The translations under genes and the position numbers were made by a program. The notes under the pieces were generated by a model. It was not told where the DNA came from, made no database searches, and saw nothing but the letters and a program-made list of their open reading frames with translations. Shown here piece by piece: positions 51,134-62,173 of a stretch of DNA of 64,000 nucleotides (its first letter is position 1; every line of letters begins with the position of its first letter). The stretch is from contig CAWDYC010000004.1 of NCBI GenBank assembly GCA_963806535.1, forward strand, positions 32,001 to 96,000, written 5' to 3'. Origin of the DNA: Candidatus Bathyarchaeota archaeon. GTDB taxonomy: Archaea; Thermoproteota; Bathyarchaeia; Bathyarchaeales; Bathycorpusculaceae.

Positions 51134-52753
51134 TTGCACATCAAAAACAAGATTTGGCTTAATGCCTGGCCTGCCGAGGTGCCCAAGCACATAGATATCC
51201 CGCGAGTTTATCTCCAAGATATCCTGCAAAAAAGTACTAAGGAATTTCCACAAAAAATCGCCATTGTTTTCGGTGACCGAGAAATTTCCTATGCTCAGTT
51301 GGATTTGCTCTCAAACAAATTTGCTAATTCCCTTGTTAAGTTAGGCGTAAAGAAAGGTGAGAGAGTTGCGATTTTTCTGCCCAATATCCCGCAGTTTATT
51401 GTTGCTTATTTCGGAATTCTCAAGGCAGGCGGGGTGGTAACAGCCATAAGTCCGTTGCATCGAGAGCGCGAAGTTGAGTACCAATTGAAAGATTCAGGCG
51501 CACAAAGCATTGTGGCGCTGGATTCCCTTTATCCGATTATAGCGAAAGTTAAACAAAAAACACAGCTCAAAAACATCATAATAACAGGACTCGACGAGTA
51601 CTGCTATAAAAAAACGCCTCCCCCAGACGTTCCACACACTTTTCCTTTTCAGGTTTTGTTAAAAAAAGCCCTCTGTAGCTCTCCCAACGTGAAATTAAAT
51701 CCGAATGAAGACTTAGCAGCATTGCAGTACACAGGCGGTACTACTGGAACAGCCAAAGCCGCCATGCTGACCCACACAAACCTCGTTTCAAATGCTCTTG
51801 CCTTCGCCGCTTGGATAAAAGGTACAGCCGCCCAAGAAACCTTTCTGACGGCGTTGCCCTTATTCCACATTTACGGCATGACTACCAGCATGACCGTGCC
51901 CATCAGTTTAGCCGCAAAAATGGTGCTTATGCCAAGGTTTGAGCCAGCAAAAGCGTTAGAAGCGATTCAGAAGCACAAAGTCACGGTTTTTTGCGGTGTC
52001 CCAACCATGTACGCAGCGCTACTAACCAACCCCGAATTAGGGAAATACGACTTAACATCGATTCGCGTATGTATTTCGGGTGCTTCTGCTTTGCCGCCAC
52101 AAATCCAAAATCAATTCATGCAAATTACAGGCGGATTCCTCGCGGAAGGCTACGGGTTAACCGAAGCGTCTCCAGTTACACACTGTAGCCCCGTCGACAG
52201 GACCATGAGAACTGTGAAGGTTGGTTCAATCGGCTTGCCGCTGCCCGACACAGACGCGCGGATAGTTGATTTGGAAATAGGCGAAAAAACGCTTGGCGTA
52301 GGAGAGACGGGTGAGTTGGCGGTGAAGGGTCCACAGGTGATGAAGGGTTACTGGCATAAATCCGACGAAACCGCTTTGGTTTTGCATGACGGGTGGCTTC
52401 TAACAGGCGACATCGCTCACATGGATAAAGACGGCTACTTCTATATCACCGACCGCAAAAAAGACCTTATAAAAACCAAAGACTACAGCGTTTACCCACG
52501 CGAACTTGAAGACATCTTCTACGAGCATCCAGCCGTGAAACTGTGCGCGGTCGTAGGAAAACCAGACAAATGGGCAGGCGAAGTGCCAAAAGCTTACATC
52601 GTGCTCAAAGAAGGCATGGTTGTGTCGGCAGAGGAAATAATGGCTTTTGTTAACGATAAAGTTGCACCTTACAAGTCAATCCGAGAAGTCGAATTCAGAA
52701 AAGAATTACCTATTAGCTCAGCAGGCAAAGTTCTGAAGCGTTTGCTTAGTTAA
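51134..52753 (+). CDS. Long-chain-fatty-acid-CoA ligase
   Basis: YTGGTTGTAK, EGYGLTEASP, TGDIA, DRKKD, GKVL. Confidence 0.95.
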   Translation: MHIKNKIWLNAWPAEVPKHIDIPRVYLQDILQKSTKEFPQKIAIVFGDREISYAQLDLLSNKFANSLVKLGVKKGERVAIFLPNIPQFIVAYFGILKAGGVVTAISPLHREREVEYQLKDSGAQSIVALDSLYPIIAKVKQKTQLKNIIITGLDEYCYKKTPPPDVPHTFPFQVLLKKALCSSPNVKLNPNEDLAALQYTGGTTGTAKAAMLTHTNLVSNALAFAAWIKGTAAQETFLTALPLFHIYGMTTSMTVPISLAAKMVLMPRFEPAKALEAIQKHKVTVFCGVPTMYAALLTNPELGKYDLTSIRVCISGASALPPQIQNQFMQITGGFLAEGYGLTEASPVTHCSPVDRTMRTVKVGSIGLPLPDTDARIVDLEIGEKTLGVGETGELAVKGPQVMKGYWHKSDETALVLHDGWLLTGDIAHMDKDGYFYITDRKKDLIKTKDYSVYPRELEDIFYEHPAVKLCAVVGKPDKWAGEVPKAYIVLKEGMVVSAEEIMAFVNDKVAPYKSIREVEFRKELPISSAGKVLKRLLS

Positions 52754-52836
52754 TCTTTGACTGTGAGTGTGGGTGTAAACTGGTTCATTGCGGCAATTTT
52801 TAAATTTGAGGGCTTTTGTTAATTATTGGGGATTTA

Positions 52837-53085
52837 GTGTCGGTTGTAGAAATTGATGAAAGAGGCAGAATGACTATCCCAAAAAAGATAGGCGTAAAAA
52901 AGTCCAGAGCTATCGTTATACCTGCAGGCTCATTTTTCATAACCATACCCCTTTCAAAGGCACCAGAAAAAGAAGCACAAAACTGGTTGTCTACCGAGAA
53001 AGAAAGAACGGAGTTAAAGATCGAAGCTGAAAAACTTGCCAGAAAAGATGCAGTAAATAGAGCAAAAAGGCGACGACAGCTTTGA
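52837..53085 (+). CDS. AbrB-like antitoxin
   Basis: EIDERGRMTIPK. Confidence 0.85.
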   Translation: MSVVEIDERGRMTIPKKIGVKKSRAIVIPAGSFFITIPLSKAPEKEAQNWLSTEKERTELKIEAEKLARKDAVNRAKRRRQL

Positions 53086-53498
53086 TTATTGAGACAGATA
53101 TGTTGTACGCTTATGTTAAGAAAGAGGACTGGCTTAAGGAAACAGCAAACAATCTGATCTCTCGGATAATTAACGGAGACTTTGCACAAGTCTACGCTTC
53201 GAGAGACTGTCTTCACGAATTATATTATGTCTCAAAAGAGGAAGGCGTAACAACTGATGAAATAATTGCTCGATATGCTGCACTCACTGCCATCCAAAAC
53301 CTTACTTTTCTTGAAACCACTTCAGAAATAGACCTCTTGGCGCTAGTATTAATGAGGCAATACAGCTTCGGCTCTATTTTCGACGCTTATTACGCTTCCA
53401 CAGCACTCAACCAAGTAGAGGATCACACAATAGTCTCAACGGACAAAGTGTTTGACTGCATCCCAGGATTAATTAGAATAGATCCACGAAAAATTTAA
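53082..53498 (+). CDS. vapC: VapC/PIN toxin
   Basis: IIETDMLYA, HEL, FDAYYA, IVSTDKVFD. Confidence 0.88.
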   Translation: MIIETDMLYAYVKKEDWLKETANNLISRIINGDFAQVYASRDCLHELYYVSKEEGVTTDEIIARYAALTAIQNLTFLETTSEIDLLALVLMRQYSFGSIFDAYYASTALNQVEDHTIVSTDKVFDCIPGLIRIDPRKI

Positions 53499-53539
53499 TC
53501 GAATATTAGCCCAATAAAGAAAACCGCCGATGATTAGAT

Positions 53540-53749
53540 CTACAATTTTTTATTTCGTATTTTTAAAACGATTTTTTCACCTATCCACGCAAAAAACAGT
53601 AAAACAAAAAATGGACCTAGGAAAAACCCGAAAACAAATTCGTTATTGTAAGCTGCTGCTTGTCCCAGAATGTTCGGGTAGAGCGCAACGCCGCCTATTA
53701 CAAAACAAGCTGTTAAGATAAATGCGATTGCAAATGTTATGCCCTTCAT
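53540..53749 (-). CDS. Small 2-TM membrane protein
   Basis: 69 aa, two hydrophobic helices, TATA-like box upstream. Confidence 0.6.
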   Translation of the reverse strand: MKGITFAIAFILTACFVIGGVALYPNILGQAAAYNNEFVFGFFLGPFFVLLFFAWIGEKIVLKIRNKKL

Positions 53750-53950
53750 ACATATCTATGCATGTCTGTTTGTTTTAAATGTTGCCGGAAATTCTTCGAA
53801 ATGTATAAGAGAAAACTTCAATGTTGAATAAGGTAAGGCAGCTATCTTTGCGCGTTGCTTATTAGTTCTGCCGGCAAGGTTTGAGGCGTTTGCTGATAGA
53901 GAAGGCTTAACTCACAATTTTTGTTTCGAATTTGAGAAATATTTTTGTTC

Positions 53951-54034
53951 AAAAAGCGCAAAAACGTCAAAAACACGCAAAAACACGTCAAATATGCGCA
54001 AAATCACGTCAAAACAGCGCAGAAACACGTCAAA
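53951..54034. repeat. Four imperfect 21-bp tandem repeats
   Basis: CGTCAAA at 53965, 53986, 54007 and 54028; unit about RCGCARAAWCACGTCAAANNN. Confidence 0.85.
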
Positions 54035-54229
54035 TTTCTTCACAACTTCAAAAACATAAAGCCCTCATTTCCGAGATTTTACAAAACTAAGCCTAAACCA
54101 AACCCCTTCAAAAATGATGAGCTGCAAAAATTGAAGAATTAACTTCAAAATAACAAAAATAATTTGCAAATTATTCTTCGAAACATATAAGAGAAAAACC
54201 TGTTTCTCAAATAAAGCAGGCTTTGGTCT

Positions 54230-56520
54230 TTGCGCGTTAAAATCAATGTTACTGGTATTGTTCAAGGTGTCGGTTTTCGACCGTTCATCTATCGGATTGG
54301 CAGTGAAAAATGGTTTGGCAGGATACGTTCGCAACAGGGGTGATGCAGGAGTCGAAATTCTTTTGGAAGGCGAAGCGCAAAACATTGAAAATTTTAAGCA
54401 TGATTTGAAGGAGAAGAAGCCGCCGCTAGCCCAAATAGATTCGGTTAAATCTGATTAGAGCTTTCAGGCAAAAATGAATATGACAAATTTACAATTATCA
54501 AAAGCTCTGAAGAAGCGGAGCTTTCTGGATCAATTATTCCGCCAGACATAGCCATATGCAACGAATGCCTCGCTGAACTTGCGTGACCCAAAAAACCCAC
54601 GATACGAATACTTCTTTATCACCTGCACCAATTGTGGTCCACGCTTCACAATTATCGAACGACTTGCCATACGACCGCGAAAACACCACCATGCGTGAGT
54701 TTCCACTCTGTGGTTTCTGCCAAAAAGAATACAGTGACCCATCGAACAGGCGGTTTCACGCGCAAACCGTGGCTTGTCCACCATGTGGTCCAAAAGCCTA
54801 CTTAACAACAAAAACTGGCGAACCAATCAATGTCAGAAGATCCTGTGCGTGAAGCTGGCAAACTGTTGTCTGAAGGAAACGTGCTTGCCATAAAAGGGTA
54901 CGGGGGCTTCCATATTGCATCCTCAGTTATGCTGGAGGCTCCTTTGGAGAGGCTTCGAGCAACGAAGCATAGGCGCGAAAAACCTTTCGCAATCATGGCA
55001 AAAAGCTTAAAGGCTGCAAGAAGTTTTGCCGAAGTAAGTTCGAAGGAGCAGGAACTGCTATCTTTCCTCAGCACGCCCAATTGTTTTGCTAAACAAAAGC
55101 CCAAACTACAATTTGTCGCCTCTTGTTGCGCCGAACCTGCATAACGTCGGCGTCATGTTGCCCTATACAGGCTTGCACTACATGCTCTTTGACCAAGTTG
55201 ATGACCCAGCGTTTGTGATGACCAGCGCCAACCCGCCAAACCAACCCATCGTAAAAGACAACGACCAAGCACTCAAAACATTAGGTGGAACAGTTGATTA
55301 TTTTTTGTTTCACAACCGCAAAATCGCCCATCGATGCGACGACTCGGTCATGCGTGTTCATGGAAACCGCCCAGTGTTTCTTAGACGAAGCCGAGGCTAT
55401 GCTCCAGCACCAATCAGGCTCAAAGCCAAATCGAAACGGTGCGTCGTCGGTTTAGGCGGCGAACTAAACAACACAGCCTGCGTACTGCTTGATGACAAAG
55501 CCTTCATCAGCCAACACATCGGCGACGTAGAAAACGTGGAAACCCGAACATTTCTGCAAGAAGCAACCAATCACCTCTACCACTTAACCAATTGCCACTC
55601 CGAAATTGTCGTTTGTGATTTGCACCCGAAATTTACAACAACTTTGCTTGCCCAAGAAATGGCTGAAGCAGACGGTTCACCCCTCATTCAGGTGCAACAT
55701 CATCATGCACATGCTGCGGCTTTGATGGCTGAGCATAACTTGGAAGAAGCTGTTACTGTGGTTTGCGACGGGTACGGCTACGGAACCGACGGTGGTGCTT
55801 GGGGTGGCGAAGTTCTATTTTGTAATCGTGAATCACGCGAATTCATGCGTCTTGGGCATCTGGAACCTCAGCCACTTTTAGGCGGAGATGTGGCTAGTCG
55901 TTTTCCCGTTCGTGTAGCCGCTGGAATGCTCGATAAAGCAGGGGTAAACGTTGAACCTTGGCTGATGCAGAACCGAGGGCATTTGCCGTTTGGCGAAACT
56001 GAAGCTAAATTGATTCTGGACCAACTTGAAAAAGGAATTGGAACAGTTGAAACTACGAGTTGTGGCAGAGTTTTAGATGCTGTTTCAGCTGTTTTAGGCG
56101 TTTGTTTCGAACGAAGTTATGAGGGGGAGCCAGCTATGAAACTTGAATCAGTTGCCTTAACTGGAAAAGATGTGTTAAAACAAAATCCCCTTTTGCATGA
56201 CGATATGCTTCATACTTCTAATTATGTTGAGGGCAATTTTTGAAAATAAACAAAAATTTTCTATTGCAGATTTGGCTTATTCTGCACATGCTTATTTGGC
56301 AAGAGGTTTAGCTGCCTTGGCAACTGAAAAAGCCCAAGAGCTCGGTGTTAAAGATGTTGGGTTTTCAGGTGGCGCTGCCTGCAACCAGATACTTGCAAAA
56401 GTCATGCGTGAAGCTGTTGAAGCGGCTGGGCTGCGGTTTTGGGTTCATGAGGCTGTTCCAGCAGGCGACGGCGGAGTATCATTTGGTCAGGCAGTTGTAG
56501 GTGGATTTTCACGGTTTTAA
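54230..56520 (+). CDS. hypF: Carbamoyltransferase HypF (several frameshifts)
   Basis: [10 protein letters not shown], two CxxC zinc fingers, [33 protein letters not shown]. Confidence 0.95.
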
Positions 56521-56569
56521 ACCAATTTCTTTTTATCGCCCTTTCAAGCCTCCTTATTAATTGATAGTT

Positions 56570-56794
56570 ATGTGTTTAGCAATTCCCGCTAAAATAATGA
56601 ATATTGACGGCACCAAAGCCAACGTGGATTTTGGTCAAGGCGTTTTAAGAGAAGTTAACGTGTCGCTTGTTGAAGCCAAAGTCGGCGACTACGTTTTGGT
56701 TCATGCGGGATACGCCATTACAGTTATTGAAGAACAAGAAGCCAAAGAAACCCTAAGTTTATGGAATAGCGTTCTTGAAGCTGGCCAACAATAA
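56570..56794 (+). CDS. hypC: Hydrogenase assembly chaperone HypC
   Basis: MCLAIPA...DYVLVHAGYA. Confidence 0.96.
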   Translation: MCLAIPAKIMNIDGTKANVDFGQGVLREVNVSLVEAKVGDYVLVHAGYAITVIEEQEAKETLSLWNSVLEAGQQ

Positions 56795-56815
56795 ACGGCA
56801 AGTTGAGCGGTCAAC

Positions 56816-57904
56816 ATGGCTGAAAACCTAAAATTCAGAAACCCCGAATTAGCGCAGAATATAGCGTCAAAAATCAAAAGCTTGGCGCCGAAGGCTGGAA
56901 AAATCAAGATTTGCCATGTCTGCGGAACGCATGAATGGACGATAACGCATTTTGGTTTGCGTAGTCTTTTGCCAGAAAACGTTGAAGTTATTGCTGGTCC
57001 AGGCTGCCCTGTTTGTATTGTTCCTGCAGCTGAAATTGATGAAGCTGTACAGTTAGCGCAGATGGGCAATGTGGTTACCTGTTTTGGCGATGTGTTGCGT
57101 GTTCCAGGCAGCAAAATGTCGCTTCTAGAGGCTAAAGCGGCAGGCGCTGACGTCCGAATTGTCTATGCGACTTCGGATGCGGTTGAAATGGCTAAACGTG
57201 AACCGAACAAACAGTTTGTGTTTTTCGCGGTTGGTTTTGAAACTACTGCTCCTTCAACAGCGGTTGAAGTGCTTGGGAACCCGCCGAAAAACCTCAGTTT
57301 CTTGGTGTCTCATCGTCTGATTCCTCCTGCCATGGAGCTTCTGCTTGGCGTCGGTGACTTGGAGATTGACGGTTTCATTGCGCCAGGGCATGTGAGCGCG
57401 ATTATTGGCTTGAAGCCTTATGAGTTGTTTCCACGGGTTTATCGGATGCCAACTGTTGTGGCTGGTTTTGAGCCCATTGATGTGTTGATGTCGGTTTACA
57501 TGATTGTTAAGCAGCATGTCGAAGGGTCACCTAAGTTGGAGAATGAGTATCCCCGTGTGGTTAAGCCTGAAGGCAACCTTCGAGCGCTTGAGGTGATGAA
57601 TAAAGCCTTCACTGTTACAGGCGGCAACTGGCGCGGAATCGGCAGACTTCCAGACTCAGCACTGCAACTACGCAAAGAACTTGCAGATTTCGATGCACGA
57701 TTAAAATACAATGTCCACGTAGAACAGGGCAAAGACATCCTGCTTGGCTGCGAATGTCACCTTGTAATCATCGGAAAAATAAAACCCAACCAATGCCCAA
57801 TGTTTCTGAAGGCTTGTACACCCGAGAAACCTGTTGGCGCATGCATGGTCAGCAGTGAAGGCACCTGCAGGGTTTGGGCAAAAAACGTGGCTGTCCAGGC
57901 TTAG
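56816..57904 (+). CDS. hypD: Hydrogenase formation protein HypD
   Basis: CGTH, GPGCPVC, GFETT, PGHVS, CMVSSEGTC. Confidence 0.97.
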   Translation: MAENLKFRNPELAQNIASKIKSLAPKAGKIKICHVCGTHEWTITHFGLRSLLPENVEVIAGPGCPVCIVPAAEIDEAVQLAQMGNVVTCFGDVLRVPGSKMSLLEAKAAGADVRIVYATSDAVEMAKREPNKQFVFFAVGFETTAPSTAVEVLGNPPKNLSFLVSHRLIPPAMELLLGVGDLEIDGFIAPGHVSAIIGLKPYELFPRVYRMPTVVAGFEPIDVLMSVYMIVKQHVEGSPKLENEYPRVVKPEGNLRALEVMNKAFTVTGGNWRGIGRLPDSALQLRKELADFDARLKYNVHVEQGKDILLGCECHLVIIGKIKPNQCPMFLKACTPEKPVGACMVSSEGTCRVWAKNVAVQA

Positions 57905-58974
57905 CAGATTCTTGGCACTGGGTCACCGATCGGGTCTTGCAATTATTCTTTTGCCGCCAACCTCTGTTTGCATGGCTACTCCTTTGAATTCTGATGTTGC
58001 TTCCCCGATTATCTGCGCGTTTTTGCCTTCTTCTGTTTGCTTCAAAAATTCCAATGCCTCCTCAGCTTTTTCGGTGAACAACTCCGATGATGTATTTGCC
58101 TTCATTTCCAACTTCTAAGGGGTCTAAACCAAGCATGTCGCATGCAGCCTGAACGTCTTTTCGAATTGGCACTTTGTCTTCTTGAATTAATATGCCAACT
58201 TTGGATTTTTCAGCCCACTCATTTAAGGCATCAGCTAAACCGCCGCGAGTGGGATCTTTTACAGAAATAACCCCCCCTATCTTCAGCAAATAATCGTTGA
58301 AGCATGCGATTTAATGGTCTAACGTCAGATTTTATTTCGCTGCCAAACTTTAATCCCTGCTGGGCTGAGAGCACGGCTAATCCGTGGTCGCCAATGGTTC
58401 CTGTTAAAATGATTTTGTCTCCTAACGGCAAGGTTTGAGTCCAGCGTCCAGCGAGCAGCATTACTGTTCGGTACTTGCCTTGCCACTGCTAAGATTGCTT
58501 TCTAAGGCTGCTGTTCTTTTGCCGATTCCTGAAACATTCATGACAAGTCCACCTAAACTGCCCTTCTCCACCACCTTCGTGTCGCCAGTAACAATGCCGA
58601 CACCTGCTTCAACGCATGTGTCATGCATGCTGACAAGAATTTTTTCCAAATCACTAATGGGCAAGCCTTCTTCTAAAATAAACCCGCAAGCCAAAGCGTA
58701 AGGCTCTGCTCCCATGGCTGAAATATCGTTTACGGTGCCTGAGATTGATAAGCGTCCGATGTCTCCGCCTGGGAAAAAATATCGGTTTAACCGCGTGGGA
58801 ATCACTTTTAAATACTATATCGCCAATTACTGCGGCGTCATCCATGGCTTCCAATGGAACTTCTGCAATGTTGCCCAAGCCGCCGAAATATTTTACGATG
58901 TAATTTTTGACCAAGTTGTGCATGACTGTGCCGCCAGCGCCATGCAGCATGGTAATTTTTTCGTTTGTTGACAT
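57901..58974 (-). CDS. hypE: Hydrogenase formation protein HypE (several frameshifts)
   Basis: HGAGG, FFPGGDIG, GDTKVV, DPTRGGL, C-terminal PRIC. Confidence 0.95.
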
Positions 58975-59054
58975 TTAGCTGCTTCCGTTTAACAAATTCT
59001 AATAGCACAATGAAGTAAAACATAAACAAATCGCAGAAGCGTCTTATCTTTTTG

Positions 59055-59243
59055 CTGGGCACACTGTAACCAACAATTCCCTCAGGGCACCATATTAAAA
59101 AGCAGAAGAAGAAGTGTGCCCCTGCAGGTTTTCTTCTTCTTTCTGAAACTGGGATAGAAGTAGGATGGTGCTATTTCCAGCCTTCCTTCTTCTTCTACCA
59201 GAAAAGAACAACAACAGCTGCCATTAGCAACTGTTGTTATTCT
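59055..59243. ncRNA. Candidate structured non-coding element (three hairpins, possible pseudoknot)
   Basis: AGAAGAAGAA/TTCTTCTTCT; CTGGGATAGAAG/CTTCTACCAG; AGAACAACAACAG/CTGTTGTTATTCT; GGGCACAC complementary to loop GTGTGCCC. Confidence 0.35.
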
Positions 59244-59538
59244 CTATAAATAACAAAGATTTTCAGCTGTCGAGTATCCTTTTTCATTAACTTATTAAAT
59301 AGCATAATAGACTGCTAAGTTTCAAAAACGGCTATTAAGTCAATTAATTTTCTAGTCATAACTTTTCTTTGGAAAACTATAAAAGGGAAAAGCTATATCC
59401 AAAACTGTACACCTCACGCGTTCGAATTGTTCCTTCGCAGGAACGTTAACTAGTCAATTTAATCGAAACTTTTAGTTTTGATACGGAAAGCCATATAAAT
59501 TGCTTTTACGTGTTTGATTGCGCATCGGAGATGTAAAA

Positions 59539-60024
59539 ATGCCAAAATGGGGATACTCAATAATCGAAGAAATGCTTAATCCAGAAAAAACAGCGAAAGC
59601 CAGCGGAAGAGAACTTAAGGTATCCCATAAAGCAGCCAGAGAAGTCTGCAAAGCCATCAAAGGCATGATGCTAAACGATGCAAAACAGTATTTACGGGAT
59701 GTTGCAGCTAAAAAGAAAGCTGTACCCTATACACGATACAATAAAAAACTGCCTCATCGTCATGGACTTGTAAACGCTTTTTGTGGCAGGTACCCAGTTA
59801 AGCCATCTGAACAAATTTTAGATGTCTTACAATCGGCTCAGGCAAACGCTGAAAATAAAGGTTTAGACGTGGATCGATTGCGCATAATTCATGCAGCAGC
59901 TTATCCCGGCATGAAACAGAAACGTTACACTCCAAGAGCCCACGGCAGTGCTTCACCAAAATTTGAAATCACGACACATGTCGAAATAGTCCTCGACGAG
60001 AAACCGACCCAAGGAGAGCAATAA
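59539..60024 (+). CDS. rpl22: 50S ribosomal protein uL22
   Basis: SHKAAREVC, GRYPVK, PRAHG. Confidence 0.96.
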   Translation: MPKWGYSIIEEMLNPEKTAKASGRELKVSHKAAREVCKAIKGMMLNDAKQYLRDVAAKKKAVPYTRYNKKLPHRHGLVNAFCGRYPVKPSEQILDVLQSAQANAENKGLDVDRLRIIHAAAYPGMKQKRYTPRAHGSASPKFEITTHVEIVLDEKPTQGEQ

Positions 60025-60795
60025 ATGAGTATAGTTAAACGTTTTATAACTGAATCTATTAAAAGAACAGAAATTGATGAATTTTTACAGAAAAAACTTG
60101 ACCGAGCTGGATACGGCGGAGTCAACATTTCTAAAACCCCGCTTGGCACGCACGTCGTTATTTACGCTATGCGTCCAGGCTTAGTTATTGGCAGAGGCGG
60201 AGAAACCATAAAAGAACTCGCTTCAGCCTTAGAGCAAAACTTCAAAGTTTCTAATCCTCAAATTTCAGTTTCAGAAATTGAAGTTCCAGAATTCAATGCT
60301 TATGTCATTGCGTCACGAGTCGCCTCAGCACTTCAGCGAGGTGTTCACTTTAGGCGCGCAGGTTTTTGGGCATTAAACCAAGTTATGGAAGCAGGTGCAC
60401 TTGGCGCTGAAATAGTTATTAGCGGCAAATTAACAACCGAACGTGCACGCTTCGAAAAGTTCCGAGCTGGATACTTCCCAAGATGCGGAGAACCAGCATT
60501 AGTTTCTACAAGAAAAGCCGAAGCTCATGTTCAACTAAAACCAGGCATTATCGGCGTAAGAGTAAAAATAATGCCGCCAGACGCATATTTCCCAGATAGA
60601 ATCACAGTTGCCACCGCAATGCCTGAGGAAGAAAAAGTCGCCGTTCCAGCGCCACCACCGGCAGCTGCACCAGTAGCACCTAAACCGGCAGAACCGCAGG
60701 CACAAGTTCCAGCTGAAAAAGCACCAGAGCCAGAACCTGAAGTAAAAGCAACAGAAGTAACAGATCAACCAAAAACTGAGGAGAAAAAAGAATAA
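60025..60795 (+). CDS. rps3: 30S ribosomal protein uS3
   Basis: RPGLVIGRGG KH motif, HFRRA, GAEIVISGKL. Confidence 0.97.
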   Translation: MSIVKRFITESIKRTEIDEFLQKKLDRAGYGGVNISKTPLGTHVVIYAMRPGLVIGRGGETIKELASALEQNFKVSNPQISVSEIEVPEFNAYVIASRVASALQRGVHFRRAGFWALNQVMEAGALGAEIVISGKLTTERARFEKFRAGYFPRCGEPALVSTRKAEAHVQLKPGIIGVRVKIMPPDAYFPDRITVATAMPEEEKVAVPAPPPAAAPVAPKPAEPQAQVPAEKAPEPEPEVKATEVTDQPKTEEKKE

Positions 60796-61121
60796 TGGCA
60801 ATAATGCGGATTAAAGAAATCGTTTCCATGTCTTCTGAGGACAGAGCATCAAAACTTGTGGATTTACGCGCAGAATTAGCCCGCATAAGAACCATGATTA
60901 ACGCAGGCGGCGCTGTTGAGAACCCAACACGCGTTAGAGAACTGCGCAAAACAATTGCTCAAATATTAACAGTTGAAAACGAAAAGAAATTGGGCATTAG
61001 ACAAGTAGTTGTGGAAGCGAGTGAAAAGCCAAAAAAGAAAACGGAGAAAGCTCCTGCTGCAAAGAAAGCAGCAGCAAAAAAGGTTGAAGCTAAAGAAACT
61101 GAGGAGACAGCTACCCAATGA
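60795..61121 (+). CDS. rpl29: 50S ribosomal protein uL29 with C-terminal extension
   Basis: ENPTRVRELRKTIAQILT; operon position. Confidence 0.93.
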   Translation: MAIMRIKEIVSMSSEDRASKLVDLRAELARIRTMINAGGAVENPTRVRELRKTIAQILTVENEKKLGIRQVVVEASEKPKKKTEKAPAAKKAAAKKVEAKETEETATQ

Positions 61122-61399
61122 AAATAACTCCAGATATTATCCGATATGAGTTTATTGGCAGCGGCGCTGAAATCACAAGAAGTCCCCATGGGGGCTATGT
61201 TGGTTTAGGCGGCATAGTTGTAGGTGAAACAAAAAATACTTTCACTTTGATCAGCCAAGGTCAAACAAAGAATGTAATTAAAGATCAAGCCGTTTTCAAC
61301 TTCCAGTTTAGCGACGGCTCAGTTGCAGAAATTGACGGTAAACTTTTGGTTGGAAGACCAGAGGATCGGCTTAAAAAAAGCATTAAGAGGTTATGGTAA
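61118..61399 (+). CDS. rnp1: RNase P protein component 1 (Rpp29/Pop4)
   Basis: EFIG, ETKNT, GRPEDRLK; operon position. Confidence 0.92.
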   Translation: MKITPDIIRYEFIGSGAEITRSPHGGYVGLGGIVVGETKNTFTLISQGQTKNVIKDQAVFNFQFSDGSVAEIDGKLLVGRPEDRLKKSIKRLW

Positions 61400-61720
61400 A
61401 TGTCTCTATCTTTCAAGCAACCTAAAAAAACATGTGATGACCGAAACTGTCCATTCCACGGAACTCTTGCAATAAGAGGACGTGTACTAGACGGTATAGT
61501 TCAGACAGCAAAAATGGATAAAACCGTTATAGTTGACAGAAAATTCTTAGAGTTCTCATCAAAATTCCAAAGATATGAACGAAGACACGGTCACATTGCA
61601 TCTCACAACACACCATGCATCGACGTTAAAGAAGGCGACAGAGTAAGAATCGCCGAATGCAGGCCAATCAGCAAAACTGTTTCTTTTGTTGTTGTTGAAA
61701 AATTAGGAGAGGAAAAGTAA
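61400..61720 (+). CDS. rps17: 30S ribosomal protein uS17
   Basis: CDDRNCPFHG, ECRPISKT. Confidence 0.97.
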   Translation: MSLSFKQPKKTCDDRNCPFHGTLAIRGRVLDGIVQTAKMDKTVIVDRKFLEFSSKFQRYERRHGHIASHNTPCIDVKEGDRVRIAECRPISKTVSFVVVEKLGEEK

Positions 61721-61721
61721 A

Positions 61722-62163
61722 ATGGCGGCGAAGGCAAAACAGAGAGCACTCGTAGCAAAAGGAATGCTTTCACACGGACAAAAAATTAGTCGAGGTCTAT
61801 TATCAGGTTCAGAAATGAAATGTGCCGATAACACTGGTGCACGAGTATCTACGTTTAATTCAAGCTATGGGCTATAAAGGTCGACTGCGACGTTACCCAT
61901 CTGCAACAGTAGGCGACAAAGTAACAGTTTCAGTTAGGCAAGGCTCACCTGACATGAGGAAAAAGATTTTCCAAGCAGTAATTGTTCGCCAAAGAAAAAC
62001 CTTCAGACGCATCGACGGTGTTTGGGTTCAATTTGAAGATAACGCAGCAGTAATCATTACTCCAGAAGGCGAAATGAAAGGCTCTGAAATCAGGGGTCCA
62101 GTCGCAAGAGAAGCAGCTGAAAGATGGCCAAGAATCGCAAGCGCTTCAAGCATAATAGTGTAG
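61722..62163 (+). CDS. rpl14: 50S ribosomal protein uL14 (frameshift near 61845)
   Basis: CADNTGA in the 5' frame; [19 protein letters not shown]. Confidence 0.95.
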
Positions 62164-62173
62164 GTGCAAGATA

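Noticed and set aside
53951-54034. Possible CRISPR array
   Set aside because: 21-bp period with no unique spacers, and no cas genes; no CRISPR array was seen anywhere in the window.
53945-54142. 65-aa Lys-rich ORF
   Set aside because: Probably a by-product of the in-frame 21-bp repeat; weak TTG start.
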